64,000 nt of DNA from Candidatus Delongbacteria bacterium (GTDB lineage Bacteria > CAIWAD01), in NCBI GenBank assembly GCA_963663545.1, contig OY760505.1, forward strand, positions 96,001-160,000. The letters run 5' to 3'. Positions within the stretch are counted from its first letter, which is position 1, and each line of letters starts with the position of its first letter. The translations under genes were made by a program, and so were the position numbers. The notes beneath the pieces are model-generated. The model was not told where the DNA came from and did no database searches. It saw only the letters and a list, made by a program, of their open reading frames with translations. This document shows positions 50,187-60,774 of the stretch, piece after piece.

Positions 50187-51574
50187 TTGTCTACCACCGA
50201 AGCCATCATCTCGGCACTGCAGACCAGTTCGCCATCCACATAAGCCTTGCCTTCCATGGTGCAGATACCGCGTTTGTTGCGCAGCATGTTCAGCTCCATC
50301 ACGAGCTGGTCACCGGGTTTGACGGGCTTACGGAAGCGCACCTTGTCCAAGCCGACGAAGTAGACGACTTTTTCCTCAGGGTGATCCACGGAATTCAGCA
50401 GCAGGATGCCTCCCGTCTGGCCCATTGCCTCAACAATCAGCACACCCGGCATAATGGGATGTCCCGGAAAGTGCCCTGGAAAGAAGGGCTCATTCGTTGT
50501 GACACATTTGATGCCGCGCACAAATTCACCGGGCTTGAGCTCCGTGATACGATCGACCAGCAGAAAGGGATAACGGTGCGGCAGAATGCGCTCGATGGCC
50601 GCTGCGTCAAAGACAACACTGCCCGTGATACGCTGCTGATACTCCTTCTGCAGGCTCTGCTTGACCGCTTCCTGCTTGAGCATCTTGACCAGTGCCACAT
50701 GGCTGGTGTGTCCGCCGCGTGCCGCCAGGACGTGGGCTTTCAGCGGTTGTCCCAACAAGCAAAGGTCACCGGCCAGATCCAGCACCTTGTGTCTCACGGG
50801 CTCGTTGTAGAAGCGCTGCTGGACATTGTTGAGAATGCCGTTGGCTTCGACGACGATTTCCTGGTTGTGGTAGCCGAAGGCGTCCTTCAGTCGCTCGACC
50901 TCGTCGTTGTCCGACAGATCGGCGAAGATCAGCGCGCTGTCCAGGCCTCCGCCGCGAATCAGGTTGCGCTCTTTCATCGCCAACAATTCTGAGAGGAAGC
51001 AGAAGGTGCGCGCCGGAACGAACTCCTCCTCGAACTCCTCCCAGCCGTACATGGACGTGTACTGCGTGCCCAATGCTGGATTCTGGTAATCGACCATGTA
51101 GGTGACACGGAATTCCTCACTGGGAAAAACCACGATGTCCACGCCCGAATCGTCGTGATACACGATGGTGGAATCCAGCTCGAGGAAGTTGCGTTCGACG
51201 GGGAACTCCTGAATGCCAGCTTCCTTCAGCGCCTCAAAAAAGGGTAGGCTGCTGCCGTCCAGGATGGGGGGCTCCGGTCCAGTGAGCTCGATCAGACAAT
51301 TGTCGATGCCCAGTCCGGCCAGTGCGGCCAACAGATGCTCGACGGTGTGCACTTTCACTCCGTCAACGGCAATCACGGTACCGCGATCGGTGGAAATGAC
51401 ATTGGCCACATCCACAGGGATATCCAACGTTCTTCCCTCGACCTCGCGACGAAAGACCAGCCCCTCGCCCGGACCGGCCGGATTGAAGGTAGCGCGGCAG
51501 AGCTCGCCCGTATGCAGGCCGCTGCCTTCCACCGAAACCGCGCGCGCAACGCTGCGCTGCATCTTGTACATCAT
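50183..51574 (-). CDS. lpxC-fabZ: Bifunctional LpxC / FabZ
   Basis: LpxC: GLHTG, TVEHLLAAL, ARTF and EPVRHKVLD; FabZ: LPHRYPFLLVD and FFPGHFPGHPIMPGVL. Confidence 0.96.
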   Translation of the reverse strand: MMYKMQRSVARAVSVEGSGLHTGELCRATFNPAGPGEGLVFRREVEGRTLDIPVDVANVISTDRGTVIAVDGVKVHTVEHLLAALAGLGIDNCLIELTGPEPPILDGSSLPFFEALKEAGIQEFPVERNFLELDSTIVYHDDSGVDIVVFPSEEFRVTYMVDYQNPALGTQYTSMYGWEEFEEEFVPARTFCFLSELLAMKERNLIRGGGLDSALIFADLSDNDEVERLKDAFGYHNQEIVVEANGILNNVQQRFYNEPVRHKVLDLAGDLCLLGQPLKAHVLAARGGHTSHVALVKMLKQEAVKQSLQKEYQQRITGSVVFDAAAIERILPHRYPFLLVDRITELKPGEFVRGIKCVTTNEPFFPGHFPGHPIMPGVLIVEAMGQTGGILLLNSVDHPEEKVVYFVGLDKVRFRKPVKPGDQLVMELNMLRNKRGICTMEGKAYVDGELVCSAEMMASVVDK

Positions 51575-51578
51575 AAGC

Positions 51579-52628
51579 CTAGTCCTCTTTGTCCTGCGTC
51601 CCGCCGTTCAGGCTGCGCTCAAGACGCTTGACCCTCCGCAGCAGCTCGGGTAGCTTTGGCATGGCGGCGCTGATACGCAAAAATTCGCGCACCTCCACAG
51701 CGGGGAATCCGGCCACCTGCGCACCCGCAGGCTGAGCACTGACTACGCCGCTGTTACCACCGACGCGAACACCATCGCCGAGCTGAATATGCCCGTTGAC
51801 GGCCACCTGGCCGCCCAATTGCACACCCGCGCCAATGGTCGCGGAGCCTGCGATGCCGGTCTGAGCTGCGATGACGGTGCCGCGTCCCACGCGCACGTTG
51901 TGTCCCAGCTGCACCAGATTGTCCAGTTTGCTGCCAGCGGCTACAACCGTGGCCTCCATGGTCGCACGGTCAATGCAGGTATTGGCGCCTACCTCCACGT
52001 CGTCTTCGAGGATGACAATGCCAGCCTGGGGAATCTTGCGATAACCGCCGTTGCCGTCGGGGGCAAAACCAAAGCCCTCGGCGCCGATGACCGCGCCATT
52101 CTGCAGCACAACACGGTTCCCCAGACGACAGGCTTCACGCACCTGGACGCCGCCATGTAAAAGACAATGCGAGCCGATTTGCACTCCTGCGTAGAGGACG
52201 CAGTTGCCAATCAGGCGCGTGTGGGCGCCAATGACGACGTCCGCCTCGACAATGCAATGGGGACCGATCCAGGCTGTGGGATCCACTTGCGCACTCGCAT
52301 CAATGACAGCACTGGCATGACTCCCGTGGCGCTCATCCACCGGAACCGGATGAAAAAGTTCAAGCGCTCGGGCAAAATCCAGGTAGGGATCATTGCTGAT
52401 CAGGGCTGCACAGCTTGTTGGCAGTAAGGGCGCAACGTCCTCCAAAATGAGAACAGCGCCCGCATGGGTCTGAGTGACAAGGTCCTGATAGCGGGGGTTG
52501 GCCAGAAAACTCAGATGCTCCGCCGTAGCCTTCTCCAGGCCGGCGGGGCCAGTAATCTGTCGCTCTCCGTCTCCCGTGTACTTCAGTCCAAGTCGCTCCG
52601 CCAGCTCAGCCAGGCGGAAAGTGGGCAT
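51579..52628 (-). CDS. lpxD: UDP-3-O-acyl-glucosamine N-acyltransferase
   Basis: LSFLANPRY, GFGFA, KIPQAG, GANTCIDRA and KLDNLVQLGHN. Confidence 0.96.
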   Translation of the reverse strand: MPTFRLAELAERLGLKYTGDGERQITGPAGLEKATAEHLSFLANPRYQDLVTQTHAGAVLILEDVAPLLPTSCAALISNDPYLDFARALELFHPVPVDERHGSHASAVIDASAQVDPTAWIGPHCIVEADVVIGAHTRLIGNCVLYAGVQIGSHCLLHGGVQVREACRLGNRVVLQNGAVIGAEGFGFAPDGNGGYRKIPQAGIVILEDDVEVGANTCIDRATMEATVVAAGSKLDNLVQLGHNVRVGRGTVIAAQTGIAGSATIGAGVQLGGQVAVNGHIQLGDGVRVGGNSGVVSAQPAGAQVAGFPAVEVREFLRISAAMPKLPELLRRVKRLERSLNGGTQDKED

Positions 52629-53167
52629 CAGTTTTCACCCTGCAACTTATTGAGGATGCGCTCATTCAGATTCACGTCAATGGCGTCTTCGGCCACGTAG
52701 ACAACGACCGGTACAGAGTTGTCGAGGATCAGGTCGTAGCCCTCCTCCTCTGCCACCTGCTGAATGGCCTCGTTGACGCGCTCGATCAGCGGCTCCATCA
52801 CTTCCTGATTGCGGGTGTAAAAGCGACCCGATTCTTCGGAATAGATGGAAGACCGGAATTCTTCCAGCTCGGCAATCTTGCGATCGATCTTGGCGCGTTG
52901 CTCACTGCGTGCGGTGGGCGAGAGAGCGTTTTCCTGCAGCCTGAAGTCTTCCAGCTCTGCCTGGATCTCCGCCTCGCGGTTGCCGATCTGGCGATCCCAG
53001 TCCTGCTTTTCATCCTGCAGAATGCCCATGGCCTGGCGATACTCGTTGAAGTTGGCCAGAATCTGATCGGAGTTGATGACACCGACTTTCAAATCCTTCG
53101 CTTGAGCAATTCCCACGGAAAGCAGCAGAGCCAACAGCAAAAACAGACGGGTACATGCAGTCTTCAT
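52628..53167 (-). CDS. skp: OmpH/Skp periplasmic chaperone
   Basis: Signal peptide, KVGVIN, coiled coil, GYDLILD; lies between bamA and lpxD. Confidence 0.9.
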   Translation of the reverse strand: MKTACTRLFLLLALLLSVGIAQAKDLKVGVINSDQILANFNEYRQAMGILQDEKQDWDRQIGNREAEIQAELEDFRLQENALSPTARSEQRAKIDRKIAELEEFRSSIYSEESGRFYTRNQEVMEPLIERVNEAIQQVAEEEGYDLILDNSVPVVVYVAEDAIDVNLNERILNKLQGEN

Positions 53168-53194
53168 GCAAGGTCCTTTTGAACTGTGTCGGGG

Positions 53195-55504
53195 CTAGAA
53201 TTCCCGACCAAACTGGAAATGGAACTGCCAATCGCCTTTTCGCAGGCCGGTGGCAGAGTCGATTCGATCAAATCCGTAGGCATAGTCCAGGCCAATCAAG
53301 CCGATCATCGGCATGTAAAGACGCATGCCTAGGCCCGCACTGTGATACAAGTCGTTCAGCGATGCGCTGTGCAGGTTCTTCCACACGTTGCCCGCTTCGT
53401 AGAAACAGAGGCCGTAAATGGTCGGGTTGGGCAGCAACTGCAGGCGCACTTCCGTGCCCAGCTTTGTCATCACACGACCGCCATCTTCACCGGTGCCCAC
53501 GCTGCGATCAGAATAACCGCGCAGCGCCGTGCCCAGACTCATGCCGCTACCGCCCATAAAAAAGCGCTTGATCCAGGGAACGCTGCCGCCTTCGTGCAGG
53601 GCGTCCACCACACCTGCTTCCATAACGGTGTAGGTAATCAATTTGCTCAGGAATGTGCTGTAGGAGCGTGCCTCAATGGTGTACTTGTGGAAATCCTGAT
53701 CGCCCTGCAACAGGCCACCACCGAACTCACTCTGCAGACGCAGCGTGCTACCGTTTTGCGGGAACTCGGCATGATCACGGCTGTCACGGGTAAGCGCGAT
53801 GGCCAGCGTGCTGGCAATCTGCGGCTCGTCTTCAATAATGCCACGGCGCTCAAGGTCGTCACGCGCGTCTTCGTCAAAGTTGGTGTAAAGGCTCTCTTCC
53901 AGACGGTAGGTACTGGAGACGCGGAAATAGTTGTCCGGCCAATTGAGGCGACGCCCCAAGGTCACGCTACCACCGCGCAACCGCTGGTCGAAATCCCAGC
54001 TGTAGGAGCGTGTGCGCTGGATGTCGAAGATCTTGAAGCCCGCCAGGATGGGACGATCCATCAGGAAGGGCTCCTGGAATTCCAGCGAGAGACTGCGGTA
54101 GTCCTCGGCAAACTGCCAGTCGAAGATCAGCTTCTGCCCGTTACCCATCAGGTTGTTCAGCGTGAAGCCCAGCGAGCCCACCAGACCATCCTGCTCGCTG
54201 TAGCCGGCAGACATGTTGATCTGATCCGTGTTCTTCTCGCGCACCTCAATGGTTAAATCCACCTCGTCTTCGCCCGCGATGTCCACTTGCGGCATCGGCT
54301 GATCGAAGTAGTTGAGGATGGTAATATCGCGCAGACTTCGACGCAGACGAGCAACGTCGAATGTATCACCGGGATGCAGGCTCATTTCGCGACGCAACAC
54401 CTTGTCTTTGGTCTTGTCGTTGCCGACGAAGTCCACGCGATGAACGCTGAAAATGTTGCCTTCGGTGATTTGAAACTCCAGGTCAATGACACTATCGCCA
54501 CGCGGCACTTCCACTGGTTCGATGCGCGCTTGAATGTAGCCACGGTTGTAATACAAATCGTGCAGGCCTTCCTGCATGCTGCGCTCAAACTTCTTCAGAC
54601 TGTAGACGTCGCCTTCGCGAAAGAGCAATTGGCTGGTAAGGAAGTCGCTGGCAAAAACCGTGTTGCCTTTCCAGGTGATTGCGCCGAAGTAGTACTGGTT
54701 GCCTTCGTAGACGCGCAAAAACACTTTCAGATTGCCCGACACATCGTCAACGTAGACGCTGTCCGCCGTGATACGTGCATCGCGGTAGCCCTCGTTGCGC
54801 AGAAACTCGACAATGCGGTCTTTGTCTTCTTCGTAAGCATCGGCGTCAAATTTGCCCGAGCGAAAAATGCGCCGCGGGCGTGTTTTTTTCATGCGATGAA
54901 TCAGCTTGCTGTCGCGGAAGACGACGTTGCCTTCGACAATTACCTCGTCAATGCGTACACGGCGCCCCTCGTCCACGTTCACCAGCAGCGTTCCGCGACC
55001 GTCGGCGACATCGACCACATCCACGTCGACCTGGGCCATTCGATAGCTCTCTTTGGCGTAGGCCTGTAGCAGCTCTTGCTTAATCTTGTAGAGATCCAGT
55101 CCGGTAGCCGGCTGCTCGAGGGTAATGTGCTCATCGACAATTTCGCGAATACGCGAGGTGCGCAACTTGTCGTTCCCCTGGATTTCTACCGCGCTGATCC
55201 GGGGCAATTCCTCGACAAGAATTTCCATGTAGATGCCATCGGGAAGCTCGCGCGTGAGCAGCACCTCCACACTGGAAAAACGGCCCAGATCCCAAAGCTG
55301 GCGGATGGCGTGTTGCACATCTTCACCGCTAACGGGTTGGCCCGTGCGCAAGCCGCTGTTGATGCGGATCAGGTTTTCGTCGGTGGTAGTGTTTCCACTA
55401 ACCGTGATCCCAAGCAGGGTTGTGTTTCGTTCGGTCTCCGTCTGGGCCAGCAAAAGAAGCGGTAACACCAGGAGGAGCAGGAAGCGGACGAGGCAATGAC
55501 GCAT
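53195..55504 (-). CDS. bamA: Outer membrane protein assembly factor BamA
   Basis: Multiple POTRA domains (GNDKTKDKVLRRE), barrel with LRGY, C-terminal FHFQFGREF. Confidence 0.95.
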   Translation of the reverse strand: MRHCLVRFLLLLVLPLLLLAQTETERNTTLLGITVSGNTTTDENLIRINSGLRTGQPVSGEDVQHAIRQLWDLGRFSSVEVLLTRELPDGIYMEILVEELPRISAVEIQGNDKLRTSRIREIVDEHITLEQPATGLDLYKIKQELLQAYAKESYRMAQVDVDVVDVADGRGTLLVNVDEGRRVRIDEVIVEGNVVFRDSKLIHRMKKTRPRRIFRSGKFDADAYEEDKDRIVEFLRNEGYRDARITADSVYVDDVSGNLKVFLRVYEGNQYYFGAITWKGNTVFASDFLTSQLLFREGDVYSLKKFERSMQEGLHDLYYNRGYIQARIEPVEVPRGDSVIDLEFQITEGNIFSVHRVDFVGNDKTKDKVLRREMSLHPGDTFDVARLRRSLRDITILNYFDQPMPQVDIAGEDEVDLTIEVREKNTDQINMSAGYSEQDGLVGSLGFTLNNLMGNGQKLIFDWQFAEDYRSLSLEFQEPFLMDRPILAGFKIFDIQRTRSYSWDFDQRLRGGSVTLGRRLNWPDNYFRVSSTYRLEESLYTNFDEDARDDLERRGIIEDEPQIASTLAIALTRDSRDHAEFPQNGSTLRLQSEFGGGLLQGDQDFHKYTIEARSYSTFLSKLITYTVMEAGVVDALHEGGSVPWIKRFFMGGSGMSLGTALRGYSDRSVGTGEDGGRVMTKLGTEVRLQLLPNPTIYGLCFYEAGNVWKNLHSASLNDLYHSAGLGMRLYMPMIGLIGLDYAYGFDRIDSATGLRKGDWQFHFQFGREF

Positions 55505-55644
55505 GCGTAGTAGTCGCTTGATCTTGAACTAATGATTCGATCGAACTTCACAAGATAGGGCCGCCGTAGCACAATGCCAAAGGCAACGCGACTCCAACGT
55601 GCCAGAACAGCACAATGTTTCCTTGTTCTAAGGAAGGAGGTGTC

Positions 55645-56385
55645 TTAGCGCAGACTCTGCGAAAGCAGTAGTTGACCCGCGAGTACCGGCAGCGCGGTTT
55701 CAACACGCAGGATGCGCTCGCCCAGATGGATGGGATGGAAGCCCAGCGAACGAAGCAGCTCGACTTCGAAAGGCACCCAGCCGCCTTCTGGGCCAAGCGC
55801 GATGCAGGCAGGACCGCCACGAAGTAGATCCTCCCGCGTCAGTGTGTCACGGCTCCCCGGGTGCGGAAGGAGACGCAGCGCATTGGCGGGAAGCAACTGC
55901 GGGAGCCAGTCCTCGACGGCTTGACGAAAACGGTCGACGAGAACGATCTGCGGTTGTCGTACGCAGCCGGCCTGCATCAGACCGTCCTGCAAATGACGAC
56001 GCCATTCTCCGTCGACGAGTAGTTTGCTCTGAAAAAAGGATTTCTCTACTCGTGCACTACGGCAGAGCAACAAGCGTGATACACCAAGTTGGGGTAGTGC
56101 GAAAAGTACTTTACGCAAGGTTTGTGGACGCGGCAGGGCCAGTAAAAGCGTGAGTTGAGGATCTGCTTCGGGCGTTGCTTCTCTGCGATAGGCCAGTAGT
56201 GCGTGAGAGGAATCCAGCTCCAGTACTTCGACGCTTCCCCGTGAGCGATTCAGGACTCCCGCGCGCAATGTGTCACCGACCTTGGCAGAAAGCACTCTGC
56301 GCAGGTGTTCCAGACGGGGGTCTCCCTGCAGTAGCAGACAGCGACCTTCCTGTGGTTCACCCGCCTCAAAGAGAAGCAGATTCAT
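55645..56385 (-). CDS. rsmE: 16S rRNA m3U1498 methyltransferase RsmE
   Basis: HLRRVL, LGPEGGW and LGERILRVETA SPOUT motifs. Confidence 0.9.
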   Translation of the reverse strand: MNLLLFEAGEPQEGRCLLLQGDPRLEHLRRVLSAKVGDTLRAGVLNRSRGSVEVLELDSSHALLAYRREATPEADPQLTLLLALPRPQTLRKVLFALPQLGVSRLLLCRSARVEKSFFQSKLLVDGEWRRHLQDGLMQAGCVRQPQIVLVDRFRQAVEDWLPQLLPANALRLLPHPGSRDTLTREDLLRGGPACIALGPEGGWVPFEVELLRSLGFHPIHLGERILRVETALPVLAGQLLLSQSLR

Positions 56386-56390
56386 GGGAA

Positions 56391-57806
56391 TTACTCGTCT
56401 TCTTCGTCCAGCATCAGCGCCTGACGCGCCGTGCTTAGATCGAGGAACTGCGGAATACGCACCGAGAAGGTGCTGCCTTCGCCCAGCTCTGAAAGCAGTT
56501 CGACGCGTCCGTCAAGCAGTCCGACAAGACGGCTCGTGATCGCAAGTCCCAGCCCTGTGCCCGTGTGAGAGCTTTGGCCGGAGCTACTTCCTTGGCGGAA
56601 GCGTTCGAAGATGAGGTCTTGTTCTTCCTTGCGGATACCGATGCCTGTATCACACACTTCAATCAGCACCGTGCCCTCGCGAACGGCGATGCTCAGGGTT
56701 ACGCTACCCTTTTGCGTGAACTTGATCGCATTGCCCAGCAGGTTGATCAGGATACGCTCGATTTTCGCGCGGTCGCTTACGGTCTGTAGCTGCTCGGGGA
56801 GTTCAGCCTTTAACTCCAGGCCCCCCTCTTGTGCTAGTGCTTCAATCTGGACCACGACCTCACGGCAGACGGCGCTGACATCGATGTGCTCCAGATCCAC
56901 GCGCATGCGGCCCGCTTCCAGGCGTGAGTAGTCCAGGATGTTGTTGATCAGCTTGAGCTGGTTGCGCGACGAGGTCAGCACGCGTTCGAGGCTCATGCGC
57001 TGGCGATCGTTCAGGTTCTGATCGCGTAAAACGATGCGCGTGTAGCCTTGAATTGCATTTAGCGGCGTACGTAGCTCGTGGCTGACGGAGCTCAAAAACT
57101 CGTTTTTCAGCCTGCGCGCTTCCTCCGCCTTGGCCTGGGCCAAGGTGAGCGCACGTTGCATGCTTTGGCTTTCGCGCTCGGCTTCTCGTAGTTCGGCGGT
57201 CAATCGCAACAACTGCTCACGCTGCAGCGAGAGAGTCTCTTCGGATTGTTGCACAGAATGCATGTAGCGCAAGCGCATGGAACACTCGCGCACCGTGTCA
57301 TGCAAAGACAGAATGGCCTTGGTGTCGATTTCCTGGTCTGCACGCAAGCCGCACAGTAGAATTCCGGTTTCGGGGCTGTAGCTGAGCATGGAAATGGCCA
57401 GCAAAACGGCAATCTTTCGCTCACGCAGGAAAGCAACGGCGCTTTCACCCTTTACCAGATCGGCGCTAAAGGCCAGCAGTGGCTCTCCTTCAAAGTCGGG
57501 TACGGCAGATCGCAACTCCTCGCTCACGACAAAGGAAACCGGGTCTTCGTCCTGAAACAGGTCGCGTTTGGCGTAAGAGCTGTTCGCGTTGTCCGGCAGG
57601 AAATCAAGGAATGCAGGCTGGATCAACTCGCGAGTTACTCCAAGCACACTCCGCATGTGTCCCACTTCGTCACTGCCCATATCCGCCACGATTTCAAGAC
57701 GCTGAGCGTATTGATGACGTAGCGAAAGCACATTGGCGGCGTATTCAGGAAGTGGGATGATTCCGTGTGTTCTGCTCTTCGTGTCCTGCTCAACTGGCGG
57801 ATTCAT
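56391..57806 (-). CDS. Soluble sensor histidine kinase
   Basis: FLSSVSHELRTPLNAI (H box), NLLGNAIKFT (N), DTGIGI (G1), IFERF (F) and GTGLGLAI (G2). Confidence 0.93.
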   Translation of the reverse strand: MNPPVEQDTKSRTHGIIPLPEYAANVLSLRHQYAQRLEIVADMGSDEVGHMRSVLGVTRELIQPAFLDFLPDNANSSYAKRDLFQDEDPVSFVVSEELRSAVPDFEGEPLLAFSADLVKGESAVAFLRERKIAVLLAISMLSYSPETGILLCGLRADQEIDTKAILSLHDTVRECSMRLRYMHSVQQSEETLSLQREQLLRLTAELREAERESQSMQRALTLAQAKAEEARRLKNEFLSSVSHELRTPLNAIQGYTRIVLRDQNLNDRQRMSLERVLTSSRNQLKLINNILDYSRLEAGRMRVDLEHIDVSAVCREVVVQIEALAQEGGLELKAELPEQLQTVSDRAKIERILINLLGNAIKFTQKGSVTLSIAVREGTVLIEVCDTGIGIRKEEQDLIFERFRQGSSSGQSSHTGTGLGLAITSRLVGLLDGRVELLSELGEGSTFSVRIPQFLDLSTARQALMLDEEDE

Positions 57807-59236
57807 AGAGGCTCGTTCTCCGGATCCTTAAACCGTCTCGCCTGCAACAATCTGATAATGGCCGTCAACTCATCCAGATTGTCTGAAGCCGCATCCAAGC
57901 GTGCGTCCAAATCCTGGCTCGCTGGCTCGATTCCGTCGATCAACTGGGTACACGAGTTCAGCGCCGGCAGCAGGCGTCGCAGAGCGTTATCGACTACTTC
58001 GTTGGCCGCATCCAGTCGGCGCAGCTCAAGATTCTCCAGTCGCAGACGATGCAGCCGCATGCGCGAACGAATGCGCAGAACCAACTCTTCCATCTGGAAG
58101 GGACGCACCAGCACATCATCCACACCATTGCGCAAGAGCTCGATGCCGGGTACGTTGGCGCCGATTTCCAGCGGTGTCGGCAATACAGCAAGCACCGGCG
58201 GGCAGGGGCAGTTTTCCTTTCTCTTCAATTGCGCAATAGCGTCTTGGGCACGCTCGATTTGATCAGGAATCGCCAGTAGAACCAGCCAGGGCTGCTCGTC
58301 CTTCTTGAGTTCGCTCATTGTGACGACGCTGATATCGTGTCGCGCAAGATCCTCGGCCAAACTTCTACCCGTGCCAAGTTGATCAATCATCAACACTCTG
58401 CCATCCGCTAGCGTTCGCGGTGCGGCTGCCGTAGGCGAGCCCTCAGGTGACTCTTCCTGAGCTGTGGAGTCAGCGTTACTGAAAACAGGGCAGGTCTTCT
58501 CAGCCGCTTCTTCTTTCTTGCCGTGAATGTTGACGATGTAAAGCCCGCAGGCGTAGTCTTCCAGTTCCACGCGCTGCAATTTGGTCATCTTGTCGGCCAA
58601 AGAGCGCGTTTTCAGCAGGCAGCTGCGTATCTGCTCCAGGCGATCGCGGATCCCTTCCGCCTGCAAGCGTCCGCTGCGCACGCCACTCTGCAGAAGCTGC
58701 AAGTAGCCCGAGGCTCCTGCCAACGGCTGGGACAACTCATGGGCGGCAGCGCCTACCATGGCAACCTGTGTCTGATGCCGCGTTATCACATCACGTTCGC
58801 GCTCAAGCTGCAGAATGCGCAACTGCACTTCGACACGAGCCAACACTTCTTCGATATCAAATGGCTTCACTAGGTAGTCGTCGGCACCACGGCCAAAGCC
58901 TATGGTTTTGTCGCCCAGCTCGCCTTTGGCCGTCAGCAAGATGATGGGCATGCGCGCCCATTTCTCATTTGCTTTGATGACGCGGGTCAGCTCAAAGCCG
59001 TCCATGCCCGGCATCATGACATCCAGCAGACCCAGATCAGCGGGTTCGCGCTCGAGCACTTTCAGGGCCTCTTCGGCATTGGCCGCCGTCAGCACCCTGT
59101 AGCCGCGATCCTCCAACTCGATCTGCAGGAGATCCACGTTGAAAGGCTCGTCGTCAACAACGAGGATTGTGGACGGTCCTTCCTGCTTGGGCAATTCGGG
59201 TTCGTCCTGCTGAAAATGGGCATCGATATCGATCAC
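57803..59236 (-). CDS. Response regulator with HisKA-like helix pair and a second degenerate receiver
   Basis: VVDDE..LLDVMMP..LTAK..YLVKPF; AAHELSQPL; later GVDDVLVRPF; no HATPase motifs seen. Confidence 0.82.
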   Translation of the reverse strand: MIDIDAHFQQDEPELPKQEGPSTILVVDDEPFNVDLLQIELEDRGYRVLTAANAEEALKVLEREPADLGLLDVMMPGMDGFELTRVIKANEKWARMPIILLTAKGELGDKTIGFGRGADDYLVKPFDIEEVLARVEVQLRILQLERERDVITRHQTQVAMVGAAAHELSQPLAGASGYLQLLQSGVRSGRLQAEGIRDRLEQIRSCLLKTRSLADKMTKLQRVELEDYACGLYIVNIHGKKEEAAEKTCPVFSNADSTAQEESPEGSPTAAAPRTLADGRVLMIDQLGTGRSLAEDLARHDISVVTMSELKKDEQPWLVLLAIPDQIERAQDAIAQLKRKENCPCPPVLAVLPTPLEIGANVPGIELLRNGVDDVLVRPFQMEELVLRIRSRMRLHRLRLENLELRRLDAANEVVDNALRRLLPALNSCTQLIDGIEPASQDLDARLDAASDNLDELTAIIRLLQARRFKDPENEPL

Positions 59237-60132
59237 GGGGTCCGCCTTACCACTCGTGCGCCGCGACGCGTGATACGAATCTCACCCCGACCTGAGTCGG
59301 GAGCGAATTCCTGTTGAGCCTGGTTGATCTGCAGGCGCAGGTCCTCGATTCTTTCGACGATCAAGGTGAGTTGCCGATCGCAGACCACGTCAATGGCTGA
59401 ATCCGCCCGCAGAATTCCGTTGTAATACAAACTGTCTTCTGAGAAGAGCATGACCGCACCGGGCAGGGTCAGCGAAAGGTGCGAGAGATAGTCGTCTTCG
59501 CTACTAAGCACCATCGTGCCGCTTCCTTCGGCTATTGGCGTCTCTTCAATTCGCTCATGACCAGTGGGATCGCTCGTGCAGGAGCGCACGCCCAGGACCA
59601 GCCAGATCAGCAACCCCGCCAGGATCACTGCGGGAAGGAAAAAGAGCGTCTTAACCCAACTGGGCAGCACGCCCCAGAAAGTGGGGATGCGATGCTCGTC
59701 CTCCGTCGGCTGCCAATCGTGCGCCAGAGGTCCCCCTGGTTGGCGACCTCCGTCCAAGGGCAGTTTTCCCTGAGTTCCGCTGGGCGCCGCGTGAGTCATG
59801 CCCTGGCCCGCTTCACGCAGTTCGCGTACGACAGAATCGGCCTGGGGCGCAGGAGCTTCGCTGATGGTCGCTGTTGGAGGCCGGTAATTCAGCTCGCCAA
59901 AGCGCTTCATCACCTTCTCAAGATTCATGCCGACGGCGTCAGCGTAATTGCGGAGGAAACCCGGCAGATAGGCGAAAGGGATTTGTTCCCATCGACCCGC
60001 CTCCAGCGCCTCGAGATAGAAGCGGGAGATATGCGTCTCCTCCGCTACCTGCTCGAGCGAAATGCGCTGGTACTCGCGAGCTTCGCGCAAGTCCTTGATG
60101 AAAGCCACAATGTTACTGTTCTGGTCCGCCAT
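59233..60132 (-). CDS. RodZ-like HTH membrane protein
   Basis: LREARE..ISLEQVAEETHI..YLEALEAG..GFLRNYA, linker, single TM helix. Confidence 0.82.
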   Translation of the reverse strand: MADQNSNIVAFIKDLREAREYQRISLEQVAEETHISRFYLEALEAGRWEQIPFAYLPGFLRNYADAVGMNLEKVMKRFGELNYRPPTATISEAPAPQADSVVRELREAGQGMTHAAPSGTQGKLPLDGGRQPGGPLAHDWQPTEDEHRIPTFWGVLPSWVKTLFFLPAVILAGLLIWLVLGVRSCTSDPTGHERIEETPIAEGSGTMVLSSEDDYLSHLSLTLPGAVMLFSEDSLYYNGILRADSAIDVVCDRQLTLIVERIEDLRLQINQAQQEFAPDSGRGEIRITRRGARVVRRTP

Positions 60133-60153
60133 AGAAGCAAGGTACAAAGTTGT

Positions 60154-60774
60154 TTAGTTCCTGTCACACTCCAGGGCGAAGCCTAGCAGTGTTCTCCACA
60201 GATGTGATACAGGTAGTCCCATCACGTTGAAGTAGCACCCCTCGAGCCCGGCCACCAGTAGTGCGCCCAATTCCTGAATTCCGTAAGAGCCGGCCTTGTC
60301 CATCGGCTCACCCGACTCTACATAGGCTTCGATTTCGGCGCACGAGAGCGGGTGAAAGGTAACACCTGTGATACATGCTTCGCTGGTTTTTGTGATACCA
60401 CCGCTTAGGGAGTCTTGATAATGCAAGCAGTAGCCCGTATACACTTCGTGCCTACGCCCCGCCAGGCGCGACAGCATGCGAATGGCATCCTCACGGTCGC
60501 GCGGCTTGCCCAGAATCTCGCCATCGATGACCACAATAGTGTCTGCCGAGATGATAATGCTACCCGGCGTTTGCTCCGCTACCGGACGTCCTTTGAGCTC
60601 GGCGAGCTCCAACACGAGACCGCGGGGATCAAGGTGTCCGGTGTGATCCTCGTCGACAGGAATCGTGATCACACGGAACTCAAGACCGATACGAGTCAGC
60701 AACTCTTTTCGGCGGGGGCTACCTGAGGCCAGCACCAGTGGTGGAAGCGGGGGATGAATGGAAGCCTGTGTCAC
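60154..60774 (-). CDS. maf: Maf family nucleoside triphosphate pyrophosphatase
   Basis: LASGSPRRKELL, ADTIV, ILGKP, DKAGSYGIQ and NVMGLP; GTG start overlaps the UbiA stop. Confidence 0.95.
   Translation of the reverse strand: MTQASIHPPLPPLVLASGSPRRKELLTRIGLEFRVITIPVDEDHTGHLDPRGLVLELAELKGRPVAEQTPGSIIISADTIVVIDGEILGKPRDREDAIRMLSRLAGRRHEVYTGYCLHYQDSLSGGITKTSEACITGVTFHPLSCAEIEAYVESGEPMDKAGSYGIQELGALLVAGLEGCYFNVMGLPVSHLWRTLLGFALECDRN

Noticed and set aside
50183-51574. LpxC-FabZ fusion as a novelty
   Set aside because: It is an established feature of Bacteroidota and relatives; used only as a taxonomic hint.
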